Below, in pieces: positions 62,171-64,000 of a DNA stretch of 64,000 bases. A program made the position numbers and the translations under genes. Every line of letters starts with the position of its first letter. The first letter of the stretch is position 1. Source of the DNA: Octopus sinensis (taxonomy: Eukaryota); assembly GCF_006345805.1 (NCBI RefSeq), contig NC_043000.1:143716001-143780000 (forward strand), read 5' to 3'. The notes under the pieces are model-generated. The model made no database searches and was not told where the DNA came from. It saw only the letters and a list, made by a program, of their open reading frames with translations.

Positions 62171-63536
62171 CGATGCAAGCCAATCCTTTTACTAAATATG
62201 TGTAGCAGCAAATTGAACAGAAAAAAATTACGAATAAACTCTATGCAAATGCCATTTTGCATACGGTCAGCAAGTGTCATTCTGTCTTTTTGTATACTCA
62301 GTTTAGTACACTCCAATTCAAAATGCTTCTTGTTCAGTTAGATTAGCATAGACACCTGTCTAGTGTCAATAGACGATGTACGTATACAATGGTTGAATCT
62401 TGTTTTCGCCTTTTACGTTTCATTCTTTTCTGTTCAGAAGAAATCGTCTACGATTCTGTCAGGAGAAAGATGATCTCCATGTGATTTAATATGACAAAGG
62501 TACGCCGTAGATATGAAAGTGTCCCTACCATTACATCAAGACATATGGGGCTTGGTACAACACCATGAAATTCCTTGAATCCCTGTCCATTGGTCCAAAG
62601 TGTTTAAAAGACCTACCTGTAATATACTTAAATACAGTTTATGGATACAAATTTTGAAATGGGTGATCTGACTTTGCATACATTAACCGGAATTAGCTGT
62701 AGAAACAAAATATTGGTGACATGGGCACGCTCCTCAGTAAGGTATTTCATTGGTATTTTCGATATGTGGCCATATCTAAAGTAACTTGGGTAATTTTTGC
62801 CTGAAAGTCGTGAAATGACCGTCTACGAATAGATATTTTGGTACATACAAACACGTTATTCAATGATTACCTTTGAGATTTATTGCTTGTCATGTCGAAA
62901 ATGACTTGCGAATGACTAAATGGGTTATAAGATTTCATTTTAATTATTAAATACCACGTTATCATAATGTACACCTTCTTTTACAACATCACCTGCAATT
63001 CTGCGCTTCTGTAAATCAATTATTCAAATGTCTGCGTGATAGCAACTTTATACCTATACCTATCAACAAATGAATTCCCAGTTTCCAATTATTTACTGCT
63101 AGCATTAAAGATTCACAAGGAATCCTTGACGTTAAGAATTTAAAAGTGGAAAAGTTTAATGATTCGTGAGAGTTCTTTTCAGGTACAAAGCAGTGACTTT
63201 GTACGACACAGAACAGTTTCAGTAGATCTGTTTCTTCAAGTACTTAATAAGTTTCAAGTTGTTAAAATATATATTTCTGGCTAGAGGCATCAATACAAAA
63301 TATTTGAAGCTGGATTGTTGCTCTCTCTGTAATTTATTAAAATATCGAAATCAGTTTTTGAAATTTCTTTTCTGCTTTTTACTTCGTATCAGTATAGAAT
63401 ATAGTTTCCATTATCTAGGTTGCTTAAACACTCTGTATGTAGTCGTGAAAATCAAGAGCCGATGCTTAACATTGCTGGCACCCAATAGTTCTCTGCTCCT
63501 TAAGTGTCCATACAACGCGCTCTCGTGTGTATTTGT

Positions 63537-63680
63537 GTGGACGCGCGTTACTTGGTGGTTAGAGTGATACTTTTATGTTCTTGAGGAAAGCATTTCATTT
63601 CAAGTTGGTCTAGTCCACACAACTTGCAAAAATGAGGAATCCTGTGACAGAGAAGGGTCCCATCCGCAGGGGTGGGGCGT
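63537..63680 (+). mobile_element. Degenerate SINE family 3 copy
   Basis: ggacgcgcgttacttggtggttagagtg head remnant, then cttgaggaaagcatttcattttcaagttggtctagtccacacaacttgcaaaaatgag, similar to 24165-24430. Confidence 0.45.
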
Positions 63681-63848
63681 AAGGCAGAGAATCCAGGAAA
63701 TTCGTCTTAAGAATCAGTAGCTCGAATTGCCGAATAGTGGTTTTATTTCTAATATAATATATATTTATACTGTGAAATTTGATTTAATCTTAAATCTAAT
63801 TTTCTCTGTTTATTTTGATTTACTCCCTAATATTATTATTATTATCAT

Positions 63849-63893
<45 letters not shown>

Positions 63894-63902
63894 ATATATT
63901 TA

Positions 63903-63934
<32 letters not shown>

Positions 63935-64000
63935 GTGTGGGTGTGGGTGTGGGTGGAGGAGAAGAGAGAGAGAGAGAGTTTTTGTCTTGGGATATGCAAC

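Noticed and set aside
62380-63050. Protein-like fragments on the minus strand (WTNGQGFKEFHGVVPSP; KRRIAGDVVKEGVHYDNV)
   Set aside because: Short frames interrupted by stops, no recognised family and no consistent splice or phase model.

Overview
AT-rich, microsatellite-saturated eukaryotic genomic DNA with no confidently supportable host protein-coding gene, rRNA, genuine tRNA gene or CRISPR array. The tRNA-derived SINE families and (TA)n/(CA)n/(ATT)n density resemble cephalopod (Octopus-like) DNA; this is an inference, not a database result. Nearly all ORFs in the supplied track are microsatellite read-throughs. The interpretable content is a transposon graveyard: two different 5'-truncated Penelope-like retroelements (RT + GIY-YIG), each bracketed by inverted pseudo-LTRs containing hammerhead-ribozyme cores; a tRNA-headed short element ending in a minimal dimer-type hammerhead, nested in a rosa/DD41D-type Tc1/mariner; R4/Dong-like, CR1/L2-like and possibly L1/Tx1-like LINE fragments; mariner and Chapaev-like transposase remnants; and many SINEs, some in head-to-tail multimers with a fixed junction. 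The most unusual structures are (i) the tRNA-head + hammerhead element at 41171-42140, (ii) a perfect double palindrome at 5988-7409 that resolves as an inverted, circularly permuted copy of its own flanks inserted at a (TA)n tract (real circle re-integration or assembly artefact), (iii) hammerhead pairs in the Penelope inverted pLTRs, (iv) a 156-bp local segment captured in inverted orientation inside a mariner shell, and (v) a small fold-back element carrying a tRNA-like module. All alignments and translations were done by eye; coordinates of decayed elements are approximate.
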